Shown here piece after piece: positions 9,483 to 18,603 of a DNA stretch of 64,000 nt (position 1 is the stretch's first letter; the number at the start of each line of letters is the position of its first letter). The DNA is from Paludibacteraceae bacterium (GTDB lineage: Bacteria > Bacteroidota > Bacteroidia > Bacteroidales > Paludibacteraceae): contig JBGUIU010000300.1 in NCBI GenBank assembly GCA_045113275.1, positions 241 through 64,240 of the forward strand, in the 5' to 3' direction. The notes below the pieces were generated by a model. That model was not told the origin of the DNA, searched no databases, and saw nothing but the letters and a program-made list of their open reading frames with translations. The position numbers and the translations under genes were made by a program.

Positions 9483-10675
9483 GAGACCTGATATTTTGAG
9501 AAAATACAAGATGAATCATTGCCTCCGAAACCAAAGGAGTTGGTCATTATTGTGTTTAACTGTTTCTTTGTCGTGTGAACAATCGGTTTCAGTCCTGTTT
9601 CTGCTATAGGTTCGGTGAACCCAATGTTTGCTGGCATGAAATTGTTTAGAAGGGCAATGATAGAGATAACAGACTCTACAGCCCCTGCAGCACTGGTAGT
9701 GTGCCCTGTGTATGACTTGGTGGAAGAAAATGGAGGCATGTTCTCTCCAAATATTCTTTTGAGTGCTATGCTTTCGTGGAGGTCATTGTCTTCTGTCCCT
9801 GTTCCATGCGCATTGATATAATCAATATCGGATGCCTTCAGTCCTGCGTTTTGTAATGCTTTTGACATGGCAAGGTAAGCCCCAGTGCTTTCTGCAGATG
9901 TGGCTGTTTGATGAAATGCGTCACATGTATTTGCGTATCCAGCGAGTTCACAAAGGATGTGAGCTCCTCTTTTCTTTGCATTGGATTCTTTCTCGATGAC
10001 AAGAAATGCGGCTCCTTCTCCTAGGTTGAGGCCATGATTATCCTTGTCAAATGGGCGACAAGCTTCATGCTCAAGAATCATAAGAGAATTGAATCCGTTG
10101 AGGTGAAATTTACTCAGCGATTCAGTTCCACCGACGATGGCGGCCTCTACTTTCCCTGCTTTGATGAGATCTGCTCCTAAGATGATGGAATTGGCAGCAG
10201 ATGAACAGGCGGTTGATATGGTAGTCATGAACGAAAAGTGTCCAAACAGTTGTCCCACTTGTTCTGTTCCGGCACCGCAATCGTGAGCAGTGATGTATTC
10301 GGTATGTTTGCCATTGAAAAACTCATTGTAGTAGAGTTCACTTTTCTCCATGCCGCCGACGGTTGTGCCATTGATAAAGGCTGTGTTGCTACTGTCGGTT
10401 ATACCGGATGTCTGTAGTGCCTCTTTTAATGCAGTCATGGCTAGTAACGGTGTTCTTGTGACAATATAATCACCATCGATACCCAAATGCTTACGAAGCT
10501 CGTCATCACTTTCTTTGACTTCTCCACATGGAATATCTGTGTGTTCTGTCTGTAAATGAAGCACCTTACCGATGGATCTCTCTTCTTTTAACAGAGCCTC
10601 TTTCGTTTTGCCAACTCCGATGCCTAGGCTGGAGATGATGCCGAAACCTGTGACTACAATCTTTTCTGCCATCAA
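9479..10675 (-). CDS. Beta-ketoacyl-ACP synthase (KAS I/II type, catalytically complete)
   Basis: 398 aa. Cys-His-His triad contexts 'ISTACSSAANS', 'NAHGTGTEDND' and 'YTGHTTSAAGAVE'. Confidence 0.9.
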   Translation of the reverse strand: MMAEKIVVTGFGIISSLGIGVGKTKEALLKEERSIGKVLHLQTEHTDIPCGEVKESDDELRKHLGIDGDYIVTRTPLLAMTALKEALQTSGITDSSNTAFINGTTVGGMEKSELYYNEFFNGKHTEYITAHDCGAGTEQVGQLFGHFSFMTTISTACSSAANSIILGADLIKAGKVEAAIVGGTESLSKFHLNGFNSLMILEHEACRPFDKDNHGLNLGEGAAFLVIEKESNAKKRGAHILCELAGYANTCDAFHQTATSAESTGAYLAMSKALQNAGLKASDIDYINAHGTGTEDNDLHESIALKRIFGENMPPFSSTKSYTGHTTSAAGAVESVISIIALLNNFMPANIGFTEPIAETGLKPIVHTTKKQLNTIMTNSFGFGGNDSSCIFSKYQVS

Positions 10676-10678
10676 GAC

Positions 10679-10939
10679 TTATTTCGTTCTGTTTTTTGAA
10701 ATGTAATCTGCCATGATCTCAATGGATTTAAAGATTTCTTTTCCCTCGCTGGCATTTTTAAGTTTAATACCGTAGTTCTTTTCCATCAAGACGATCAATT
10801 CCAAAGCATCGATAGAATCTAATCCTAACCCTTCTCCGAAAAGAGGTGCACTAGCATCGATGTCTTCTGGCTTCATTTCCTCTAAGTTGAGTACCTCTAT
10901 TATTTCTTCTTTTAATTCTTGTACTAATGTTTTATCCAT
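10679..10939 (-). CDS. Acyl carrier protein
   Basis: 86 aa. Phosphopantetheine site 'GLGLDSIDALELI'. Confidence 0.9.
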   Translation of the reverse strand: MDKTLVQELKEEIIEVLNLEEMKPEDIDASAPLFGEGLGLDSIDALELIVLMEKNYGIKLKNASEGKEIFKSIEIMADYISKNRTK

Positions 10940-10947
10940 GTCGTTGA

Positions 10948-11598
10948 TTATTTATGCGGTTGCAAAGGTATAAAAAAATATTTTTCTATGTTTGTTTTAT
11001 TCCATGAAGTAAGAGCCCCGTCAGACTCTCGATCGACTAGGAATAAAAGGACATCACATTGGTCGTTTAAATATTCAACCCATCCGATGAGGAGATGATT
11101 GATTCCTTTCTCCTTCGAAAGTCCGATGGAAGCGTTCTCTATTAGAACATCCGCATCAAACTTTTCCATGATATAGGAACAGGACTCTCCCATGATCTTG
11201 TTGCGTATGGCAATCTCTCCAGTCACGATGTTGGATAGTGTATATACAAACACGGAAGGACTAGGGAAGTAATTATTGGGATCATTGATTGTCTCTTGAT
11301 AGAGCTGATCATTGTCCAAAGAAGAGGATCTGTTGAACAAAAGAACCGACCAGTCTCTTTTCTCTTCTTCCGGATGAATCCCCGTTTCTTTAAAGATAAG
11401 TTCTGTGGCAAGAAATCCTGCTTTGCAGAGATTGTCCATTTTGAAAAACTTCGGATATTGTATGCCTAATGTCCGGTATATACATGTTAACCATGTACTA
11501 TTCTCCTCTTGGTTGATTGCCAAAGGGGTGCCGTTGACGAACACTTCGGTTGACGTGATCCGTATGGCACGTTGGATGTATAGTTCATCGTTTTTCAT
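10948..11598 (-). CDS. Half-size beta-ketoacyl synthase N-terminal-like protein (no catalytic residues evident)
   Basis: 216 aa. 'FPSPSVFVYTLSNIVTGEIAIRNKIMGES' resembles the substrate-loop region of KS/CLF proteins. No Cys-His-His triad and half the length of a KS. Confidence 0.55.
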   Translation of the reverse strand: MKNDELYIQRAIRITSTEVFVNGTPLAINQEENSTWLTCIYRTLGIQYPKFFKMDNLCKAGFLATELIFKETGIHPEEEKRDWSVLLFNRSSSLDNDQLYQETINDPNNYFPSPSVFVYTLSNIVTGEIAIRNKIMGESCSYIMEKFDADVLIENASIGLSKEKGINHLLIGWVEYLNDQCDVLLFLVDRESDGALTSWNKTNIEKYFFIPLQPHK

Positions 11599-11603
11599 AT
11601 TGC

Positions 11604-12239
11604 CTATTTCTTAAATGTTACCTTTACTGTTTTATAGCCTAATGCGGTGAATAGACTCTTGAACGTCTCCTTCGCATTCTCCTCAGCCATTTTTATGTTC
11701 TCCTTTTGTAATGCTTTCGCTTTTAATCTTTTTTTCGCGTTCTGATACATCTTCTCTTTTACAGTGGCACTGATCGATCCCTTCTCGTAGAATGTCCTCG
11801 TCCGTGTGTCATCGATGATCTCTTTGTCTAGAAGCTCGATGGGCGGAAGCGTTATGGTTGCTTTGGTATCGGTGAGCACAATCCAGCTTTTGTTGGCTTT
11901 TTTTGTGTTGATGCCTAGATGTGCTGTGCCGCTGAATATTTTTGCCGACTGACTTTCAGAGAGCTTCTTTGAAACGAAGGTGTCAACCAGCTCCTCTAGA
12001 TGAAGCGTTAAGAATTCCCACTCTTCAATTTCTTTGATAGAGGTGATGCAATCTGTTGTAGGATCAATCTTTGCTTTGTCATCAGATTGATCGGAATCAC
12101 GCAGAAATATAAAATAGATAGCGAGCCCCACCGCAAGGATGATCCATAGCCACGGACTTCTAATCATTTCGTCTGTGATATATTCTTTCCCTTTCGATGT
12201 ACTCTTTCGTGAGGATGTTTTCTTTTTTAAGATAGCCAT
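11604..12239 (-). CDS. DUF4230-like membrane-anchored protein
   Basis: 211 aa. N-terminal TM 'WLWIILAVGLAIYFIFL'. Body shows the DUF4230-like pattern ('TAHLGINTKKAN..ATITLPPIELLDKEI...AEENAKETFKSLFTALGYKTVKVTF'). Paralogous layout to the adjacent gene. Confidence 0.55.
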   Translation of the reverse strand: MAILKKKTSSRKSTSKGKEYITDEMIRSPWLWIILAVGLAIYFIFLRDSDQSDDKAKIDPTTDCITSIKEIEEWEFLTLHLEELVDTFVSKKLSESQSAKIFSGTAHLGINTKKANKSWIVLTDTKATITLPPIELLDKEIIDDTRTRTFYEKGSISATVKEKMYQNAKKRLKAKALQKENIKMAEENAKETFKSLFTALGYKTVKVTFKK

Positions 12240-12243
12240 GACT

Positions 12244-12903
12244 CTATTCGTTTTCTATTAGGATCAGTTTTTGTAATATATCTTTATTGTGAATATTTTG
12301 TTCGATTTCATCGGTGAATGAGATCGTGATATTTTCTTGCTTGTATCCTGCTGCCGTCAAAATTGGGAGCAATGTTTTATAGGCTGATATTCGACTTCTG
12401 TCTAAGATGTCGCTGTTGACCATGCTGGCTAATATGCTGGCTCTGCCTTGTGCCGTGAATTTCTCTATTTCCTCGGAGGTGAATCTGGAACGGTTCCACG
12501 ACAAATATTGTTTCTCGTTCTTATAATCGATTTTGGAAGAAGAGAGTACAATCTGCGGATTGGGTAATGTAATCTTTAGTTGCTCCCCCTGTATATCTAT
12601 GTTGCTTGAATTGAATGAGGAGAAATCGATATATGCTTTGATTGTAGCATCAATAGGGACAATCAGTTTCCGTTCGCCTGGTATGGGAATGGATATCTTT
12701 TCTGAGAAGATCGAACCTTCGATTGCATGAAGGTCTTCGTAGGTAAGCAGTTTGTGAACGTTGTACTGAACCGTGTTTAGTTTGGCACAGTTGACGATTT
12801 GAGAAATCATCACCTCGTCCCCTTTCTTCTTTCCATCAGAGCAGCTGTAGCATAGAAAGAGGGAAAACAGTAGTATAAACTTATATAGAGGTCGAGTATT
12901 CAT
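12244..12903 (-). CDS. DUF4230-like lipoprotein
   Basis: 219 aa. Lipobox 'LFLCYSC'. 'AKLNTVQYNVHKLL', 'ATIKAYIDFSSF..LKITLPNPQIV' and 'ILDRSRISAYKTLLPILTAAGYKQENITISF' fit the DUF4230 pattern as I recall it. Confidence 0.55.
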   Translation of the reverse strand: MNTRPLYKFILLFSLFLCYSCSDGKKKGDEVMISQIVNCAKLNTVQYNVHKLLTYEDLHAIEGSIFSEKISIPIPGERKLIVPIDATIKAYIDFSSFNSSNIDIQGEQLKITLPNPQIVLSSSKIDYKNEKQYLSWNRSRFTSEEIEKFTAQGRASILASMVNSDILDRSRISAYKTLLPILTAAGYKQENITISFTDEIEQNIHNKDILQKLILIENE

Positions 12904-12909
12904 GGTTGT

Positions 12910-14052
12910 TTATATTAGTCCGTAAATAATTGCAGCATTGCTGCCTCCAAATCCTGATATGATTTTTAAGAACGCATCTCCTTCAATCTCTCGGAATGAG
13001 GTGTTTACTGTCATCTCCTTGACCACTCCTTTGATTTCATGTCCTATTGTGGGAAAGAGATGTTTCATCTTTAATTCATGACATGAGATGATACATTCGA
13101 GGATTCCTGCAGCCCCTAATGTATGTCCGAAATATCCTTTTAGGCTATTTGTATATATGTCGCTGAGTTGACTTCTGCTGATGGCCCATGATTCCATGTC
13201 GTCATTATAAGGGGTGGCTGTTCCATGGGCACTGATGAAGGCTAGTTTGTAGTCTCTCGTCTTCGCCTGATTCATAGCAGCTGTGATGGCATTGAACAAT
13301 CCTTCGCCTGTGCGCGATGGACCTGAAATATGGTTGGCATCGTTTCGATTGCCTGTTCCTAATATGGCGCATTTCCCTGATGGAATCGTGTTATTTTGTT
13401 CCAACACCATTGTGGCGGCCGCCTCTCCTATGTTTAATCCTTTTCGGTTGGCATCAAAAGGTTTGCAACGTTCTGTGGATAGTGCTTTGAATGATTGGAA
13501 TCCTGAGATGACAAATTTACTAAGGATATCGGCACCGATGACTACCGCGTATCTGTACCCTTTTAATTCCATCATCTCTTTGGCATAGATCTGAGCTGCC
13601 ACACCAGAGGTGCAGGCGTTGCTGACAACCATCACGGGATTAGGATTCTGAAAGAACTGCCCGATCAGCTCGGCAGATACCCCCATGTTGATACGGTTTT
13701 TGTCGTATCCATCGGCATTTTCCAATAGATGAATGTTCCCTTTGGTGGATGAGACTACGAATAACACATCAGATGCTTTTGCATCTATGTTGGCAAGCTG
13801 AATAGCATCATAAGCTGATAAGATAGCTAATTTCTCAAATCTTGTATATCGAGTCTTCCTCTGTGAGTCAATCTTTTGAAATCGATTCTCTATCTCGTCC
13901 CAATCAAGGAATGCACCAAAGTAGGGTTCGGGCAAATCAAAAACATGATGATGCAATTGGCTTTTGAGTTTCCCTTCTTTCATGGAAGAAAGATTTTCTT
14001 CGGTGGTGTAGCCTAGAGGAGAAATGATGTTGTCGCTGATTACGTATATCAT
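12910..14052 (-). CDS. Beta-ketoacyl-ACP synthase (catalytically complete)
   Basis: 380 aa. 'VVSNACTSGVAAQ', 'SAHGTATPYNDDME' and 'FGHTLGAAGILE'. Confidence 0.9.
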   Translation of the reverse strand: MIYVISDNIISPLGYTTEENLSSMKEGKLKSQLHHHVFDLPEPYFGAFLDWDEIENRFQKIDSQRKTRYTRFEKLAILSAYDAIQLANIDAKASDVLFVVSSTKGNIHLLENADGYDKNRINMGVSAELIGQFFQNPNPVMVVSNACTSGVAAQIYAKEMMELKGYRYAVVIGADILSKFVISGFQSFKALSTERCKPFDANRKGLNIGEAAATMVLEQNNTIPSGKCAILGTGNRNDANHISGPSRTGEGLFNAITAAMNQAKTRDYKLAFISAHGTATPYNDDMESWAISRSQLSDIYTNSLKGYFGHTLGAAGILECIISCHELKMKHLFPTIGHEIKGVVKEMTVNTSFREIEGDAFLKIISGFGGSNAAIIYGLI

Positions 14053-14057
14053 AGATG

Positions 14058-14486
14058 TTAGTTTATTTTATCCGTTAGTATTACTCGAAATTCGCCAGCC
14101 GCAATTTCTTCTTCACCAATCGTCATGGTTGCATCATAGATTGATACATCTCCATAGTTCTCTTTCTCTGTCACATGCGTGATTACCAAATCACCGACCC
14201 TTGGATAACGCTTGATATCCAGTGCTTTTATTTGAGCTACCATGCCAATGCGTATGTATTGTGCATTCCGAATATGGATTTCAATGTATCCAATATGTGT
14301 CGCACAGGTCTGTGCAATGTTTTCCAATAATCCGGATTCAGACAGCTCACCGTCGTGTACCATGATGTTTTGACTTAACACATTGAATTCTGTCTGACAC
14401 TCCTGGATAGATACAGATTGGATCTTATCTACCATGATGAATGGTCGTTTCTGAGGAAGATAGAAATCAATAGGATGTAGTTCCAT
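14058..14486 (-). CDS. Hotdog-fold dehydratase/thioesterase-like protein
   Basis: 142 aa, with the size and pattern of small APE-cluster hotdog proteins ('LPQKRPFIMVDKI...SGLLENIAQTCATHIGY'). Confidence 0.55.
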   Translation of the reverse strand: MELHPIDFYLPQKRPFIMVDKIQSVSIQECQTEFNVLSQNIMVHDGELSESGLLENIAQTCATHIGYIEIHIRNAQYIRIGMVAQIKALDIKRYPRVGDLVITHVTEKENYGDVSIYDATMTIGEEEIAAGEFRVILTDKIN

Positions 14487-14496
14487 GCTGAAATTG

Positions 14497-15582
14497 TTAT
14501 GCTTTTGTACATTCGATAAGACTATGTCCCATGCCTAAGCCATCATGGATCTTGCTGATTTTCAATCCAGCTTGTTCTATGTAACGGAACAAATCATGGG
14601 AGTAGAACATCTTACTGTTACCATTGGCCATCGCTGTGAAATATATGCTGATCTGGGCAAGACAGTAGGAGGCTGTTTCGAATTGTTGTCTGTCCCATAG
14701 TGTCTCCATGATGAATAGTTTGGATTGATTCGACATGCTATGAGCTGCTCTGCTTAGTATGCTGATGACCTCTTCTTCACTGAAGCAATCGAGGAACTGA
14801 CTCATCCAAATGATATCGTAGTTGGATGGGAGTGAGACGTTCGGATCCAATAGATTAGCGCCCAACTCATGGATGCGGTCGTTCCCTGCCACATCCTTTG
14901 TCGTTTCACGCATTAGTTTTAATTGTTGAGGCAGGTCCATGATGGTAACTTCCACATCTTTCTTGAAGGTCACGCATTCCGTGGCAAAGCGACCTGTGTT
15001 CCCTCCAACATCCAATAATGTCATCTTTCCATCATGAAAGATGATCTTCATCGCTTCTTGAAAAGAACACAGAGAGTAGTAGTGGTCAAAGTCGAACCAG
15101 CTTTTTTGCGTGTCCTTAGGTAATTCAGACAATCCTTCGTAGATGGTTGGCCAGTTGCCAAATACTTTTAGACCTTCCGGTTTTCCCTCTTTTATTGCCT
15201 CTTCTAAGTGAAATAATCCAAGGTAATTGACATCATGGTTGAAATTAAGATTGATGCGGGCTATCTCATCGTTCAATAAGAACCATCCCGCTTTGGATAT
15301 AAAATAGCGTTCCTCTTTTAATAGGATTGTTCCAATGGTAAGCGATGATTCCAGCAAGCATTGTAATCCGTACCGAGAGATCTCTATGTTTTGGGCTATT
15401 TCATCGAATGATAATCCTTTTTTGTTGTTGTCCAGTAGTTGCAGAATGCCAAATTTCAGCATTAATCTAGAAACTTGAAATACGACCGGGCCAAATGCTA
15501 TCTCTTGAGCCAGACGTTGCGCTTGAATCGCCGTCAGTCGTTCTTTTGCATACATTTCTTTTTGAGGAGAATTTAATTTCAT
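14497..15582 (-). CDS. Class I SAM-dependent (O-)methyltransferase with N-terminal winged-helix dimerisation domain
   Basis: SAM motif I 'LLDVGGNTGRFATE' and acidic post-I 'VTIMDLPQ'. Start taken at Met10, forming an ATGA overlap with the upstream stop (the ORF is open to 15609). Confidence 0.85.
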   Translation of the reverse strand: MKLNSPQKEMYAKERLTAIQAQRLAQEIAFGPVVFQVSRLMLKFGILQLLDNNKKGLSFDEIAQNIEISRYGLQCLLESSLTIGTILLKEERYFISKAGWFLLNDEIARINLNFNHDVNYLGLFHLEEAIKEGKPEGLKVFGNWPTIYEGLSELPKDTQKSWFDFDHYYSLCSFQEAMKIIFHDGKMTLLDVGGNTGRFATECVTFKKDVEVTIMDLPQQLKLMRETTKDVAGNDRIHELGANLLDPNVSLPSNYDIIWMSQFLDCFSEEEVISILSRAAHSMSNQSKLFIMETLWDRQQFETASYCLAQISIYFTAMANGNSKMFYSHDLFRYIEQAGLKISKIHDGLGMGHSLIECTKA

Positions 15583-16493
15583 ACTGTTTCGTTGTTTGAT
15601 TCTTTCCAATAAGGGAAGAAGTTAAACCATTGAGTAGGGTATTTTATGATTATCTTTTCTAATATCTGGGTGTAGTCAGAGGCCATGGCGATGGCTTTCT
15701 GCGTGGAGTTAGGTAACTCATCGTGAGAAGGGATGCGACACTCGTAAGTCTTGTAATGCGTATTCTTCTCTTTCATGATGAATAACGTGTACATGGGAAC
15801 ATCCAATTGAGCCGCCAACCGGAATGGACCGATGGGGAGCTCTGCCTCTTCGCCTAATAGCTGACAGATGGTGTTTTTGGTGCTTCCAAACATACGATCG
15901 CACGGAATAACCACGATCTCACCATTGTCTAGGGCTTCTTTTATGATAAAGAGATGAGACATATCTTGTTTGACAGGAATCAGATTGATGTTTACTTCAT
16001 CAAAGGCTTCGTCCCGTTTCTTCTGAAAATCAGCTCGTTCGCCTCCAAATATGATGGTGTTGATTTTCTTCTCAGCATGAGGTATGCACAAGCCTGCCAG
16101 CTCGAGATTCCCCACATGTGCGCTTGCGATGATAAATCCTTTTTCTTGTTTCATTTGGTGGTGAATGACCTCATCCGCATCAATATCAATGTCGAATTGC
16201 TTCTTGTTGCCAGCCAGTAGAGCAAACTTGTCTAGCACAACTTCACCGAATAATATATGATTTCGAAACGTACACCATGCGGACTTGAGGGCGGAGAAGT
16301 GTTGCTTCTCACGAAAATAGTGATAAGCTGCATTCCGTCCTTTTGATGCGAAAATAAGGTAAAAAGGGATGACTAAATAGAGTATTGGATACAAAAAACG
16401 AACCGGTACACGTTTAAGGAAATGAAGCAGAAACTTTTGCCCGAATTGTCCTCCTCCAGTTTTACCTTCCCATTTCTTCTCTTTCGTCTCCAT
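15579..16493 (-). CDS. LpxL/HtrB-like lysophospholipid (lauroyl-type) acyltransferase
   Basis: 304 aa. N-terminal TM helix. 'IIASAHVGNLELAG' gives the HX4E catalytic dyad typical of the LpxL family. Confidence 0.75.
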   Translation of the reverse strand: METKEKKWEGKTGGGQFGQKFLLHFLKRVPVRFLYPILYLVIPFYLIFASKGRNAAYHYFREKQHFSALKSAWCTFRNHILFGEVVLDKFALLAGNKKQFDIDIDADEVIHHQMKQEKGFIIASAHVGNLELAGLCIPHAEKKINTIIFGGERADFQKKRDEAFDEVNINLIPVKQDMSHLFIIKEALDNGEIVVIPCDRMFGSTKNTICQLLGEEAELPIGPFRLAAQLDVPMYTLFIMKEKNTHYKTYECRIPSHDELPNSTQKAIAMASDYTQILEKIIIKYPTQWFNFFPYWKESNNETV

Positions 16494-16496
16494 GCG

Positions 16497-16754
16497 TTAT
16501 TCCTTTGAGGCAGCAGATAAACGATTGGATATGAATGAATAGAATTCCCCTAATGTTTGAATGGAACTCATTTCGTTGGCTGTGATCTTAAACTTGAATT
16601 GTTTTTCCACCTCCACTGCAATGTCCACAAAATCTAGGCTGTCGATTTTGAGATCATCTTTCAGTTTAGCTGTCTCTTTGAGTTGCTCTTCCTCTATTTC
16701 AAATTCGTCCGAAAGAAAATCATTGATAATTTTTTTGATTTCTGTTATGTCCAT
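16497..16754 (-). CDS. Acyl carrier protein
   Basis: 85 aa. 'DLKIDSLDFVDIAVEVE' phosphopantetheine Ser motif. Confidence 0.9.
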   Translation of the reverse strand: MDITEIKKIINDFLSDEFEIEEEQLKETAKLKDDLKIDSLDFVDIAVEVEKQFKFKITANEMSSIQTLGEFYSFISNRLSAASKE

Positions 16755-16826
16755 TTTGTTACGTTTATTGTTATCGAAAATCTTTTTTGTAAAAATAAAT
16801 ATAAATAGATGAAAAACAAATGGAAA

Positions 16827-18044
16827 TTAGATTTTTCTGACAATAAGACAACTGTTTGTTCCTCCGAAACCAAATGAGTTGGAAAGGAAGGTGTCGATTT
16901 TTTTCTCGGTTGGCTGGGTGATAAGGTTGATAGAGGCTGTCTCTTCATCACCTTCTTCAAAGTTGATGTTAGGGGCGATGAATTGATTGTTCATCATCAA
17001 AAGAGAATAGATGATTTCACTGGCACCTGCCATCCAACACTCATGTCCGGTCATGGATTTCGTGGAACTGACGGGCACGTCACCTAAAAGATCATGGATA
17101 ACCTTAGCTTCGGCCGCATCGCCGAGAATCGTTGAGGTGGCATGTGCATTAACATAATCAATGTCGGATGCAGCAATACCTGCATTATGTAGTGCGTTTT
17201 GAATAGCTTTTTTATATCCATCGTATGATGGAGTGGCCAATGAACCACCACTGGAGGAAAAACCATAGCCTATTATCTCACCGTAGATCGGAGCCTTTCG
17301 CCTCATTGCATGTTCATATTCTTCTAGGATGACAGTGGCAGCACCTCCACTGGGAACCAGACCATCTCGGTTCTTGTCGAATGGGCGACAGGCTTTTGTC
17401 GGATCATCCACACGTTTTGAGAAAGCACCGATGGCATCAAAACTGGCCATGCTGAAGGTGTTGACTTCTTGTGCGCCCCCACATACGATTATGTCTTGCC
17501 AGCCTTGTTTGATAAGAGCCATGCCTAACCCTATTGTATGAGAACTACTGGCGCAAGCGGCACTTACGCTGAGGCTGATTCCCTGTAGATTAAAAATAGA
17601 AGACAGGTTCATGGTGATGTTTGAGTTCATGGTTTTGAAGACAGCACTTTGACCCATCATCATTGTATCTTTACTTTTGCAAGCCTCCTCGTGCGCCTCT
17701 ATTATGGCTTTGGTGGAGGAGTCGTTACCAAATAAGATACCGATAGTATTATCTTGTGTATTCTCAAGAGATAGGTTGGCTTTGTTCAAAGCCTCGAGCG
17801 TAGATATATATGCATATTCAGCCTCCTCAGAAAGGTAAATTCGTTGTTTGCGGTTGAGGTATGGTTTTAGATCAGGTTGGCGCACGATTCCAGTTAAGAT
17901 GGAAGAATAACCATAGTCTGTTCGGGTTGGGTCTATACCTATCCCAGAGTGACCGGTTCGTAGAGAATCCAGCACTTCTTTTTCGTTCTGACCTATAGAT
18001 GAATAAATTCCGAATCCTGTTATTACTACCTTTCTGTTTTCCAC
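16827..18044 (-). CDS. Beta-ketoacyl-ACP synthase (FabF/FabB-like, catalytically complete)
   Basis: 'SVSAACASSSHT', 'NAHATSTILGD' and 'MTGHECWMAGASE'. The ORF is open to an ATG at 18116, but that start overlaps the upstream gene by 59 nt. A GTG at 18044 gives the canonical 'ENRKVVITGFG' N-terminus. Confidence 0.85.
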   Translation of the reverse strand: MENRKVVITGFGIYSSIGQNEKEVLDSLRTGHSGIGIDPTRTDYGYSSILTGIVRQPDLKPYLNRKQRIYLSEEAEYAYISTLEALNKANLSLENTQDNTIGILFGNDSSTKAIIEAHEEACKSKDTMMMGQSAVFKTMNSNITMNLSSIFNLQGISLSVSAACASSSHTIGLGMALIKQGWQDIIVCGGAQEVNTFSMASFDAIGAFSKRVDDPTKACRPFDKNRDGLVPSGGAATVILEEYEHAMRRKAPIYGEIIGYGFSSSGGSLATPSYDGYKKAIQNALHNAGIAASDIDYVNAHATSTILGDAAEAKVIHDLLGDVPVSSTKSMTGHECWMAGASEIIYSLLMMNNQFIAPNINFEEGDEETASINLITQPTEKKIDTFLSNSFGFGGTNSCLIVRKI

Positions 18045-18057
18045 TCTCTGTATGAAT

Positions 18058-18525
18058 TTATATGTTTTCGTCGTTGTCTTCCAATAAATCTTTACACTCT
18101 TTGAATGCCCGTTCAAGATGATTCATCTCTTTAGAGAGGAAGGTGTAGAAATCGTTCCATTGTTCTTTCTTGTGGATGTTCAATCCTTTTTGAACTTTGT
18201 AGATCCTGGAGACCATTTCACCCGTTTCTTTTTCGAAGTTAAGTTCCCAAATAGCGTCTCCGAAGTATTGGTCGAAGACGACTTTGTATTTTTCAAGCGT
18301 TGCCAGCATGTTCAGTCTCTTATCTTCGTTTTTATGGTTGAATTCCAGAATGACGTATGCACCTTCACGTGTGGCATCGAACTTCAATTCGACACCTTTT
18401 ATCTTTGTGTTATAAAGGATCCATTTTTTCTTTCTGTATTTGAAACGTGGCAGATTTTCACAAAACGCGTTAAATCCGTTCCAAAAATCTTTTTTTAGCT
18501 GTTTGGACTCTTCTCGTGTGTACAT
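18058..18525 (-). CDS. Small cytoplasmic protein of unknown function (DUF4268-like); first gene of the co-directional block
   Basis: 155-aa ORF with good coding character and a TACCTTTG -7 motif 18 nt upstream. The family call is from memory of the 'W..F' N-terminal pattern only. Confidence 0.4.
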   Translation of the reverse strand: MYTREESKQLKKDFWNGFNAFCENLPRFKYRKKKWILYNTKIKGVELKFDATREGAYVILEFNHKNEDKRLNMLATLEKYKVVFDQYFGDAIWELNFEKETGEMVSRIYKVQKGLNIHKKEQWNDFYTFLSKEMNHLERAFKECKDLLEDNDENI

Positions 18526-18542
18526 GTTCCTTATTTTTTGTA

Positions 18543-18550
18543 CAAAGGTA
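18543..18550 (-). promoter_or_regulatory. Bacteroidota -7 promoter motif (TAnnTTTG) for the 18.5-kb operon
   Basis: The minus strand reads TACCTTTG, 18 nt upstream of the ATG at 18525. Confidence 0.45.
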
Positions 18551-18603
18551 ATTTATTTTGTTGATTTAAAACGAAATTTTGTGGGTTATACGATAAAATC
18601 TTT

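Noticed and set aside
18045-18116. An ATG-initiated 24-aa N-terminal extension of the first ketosynthase.
   Set aside because: It would overlap the upstream gene by 59 nt and add a non-KS-like leader. The GTG at 18044 gives the canonical 'ENRKVVITGFG' start 13 nt after the upstream stop. The extension remains possible, so it is noted in the feature evidence.
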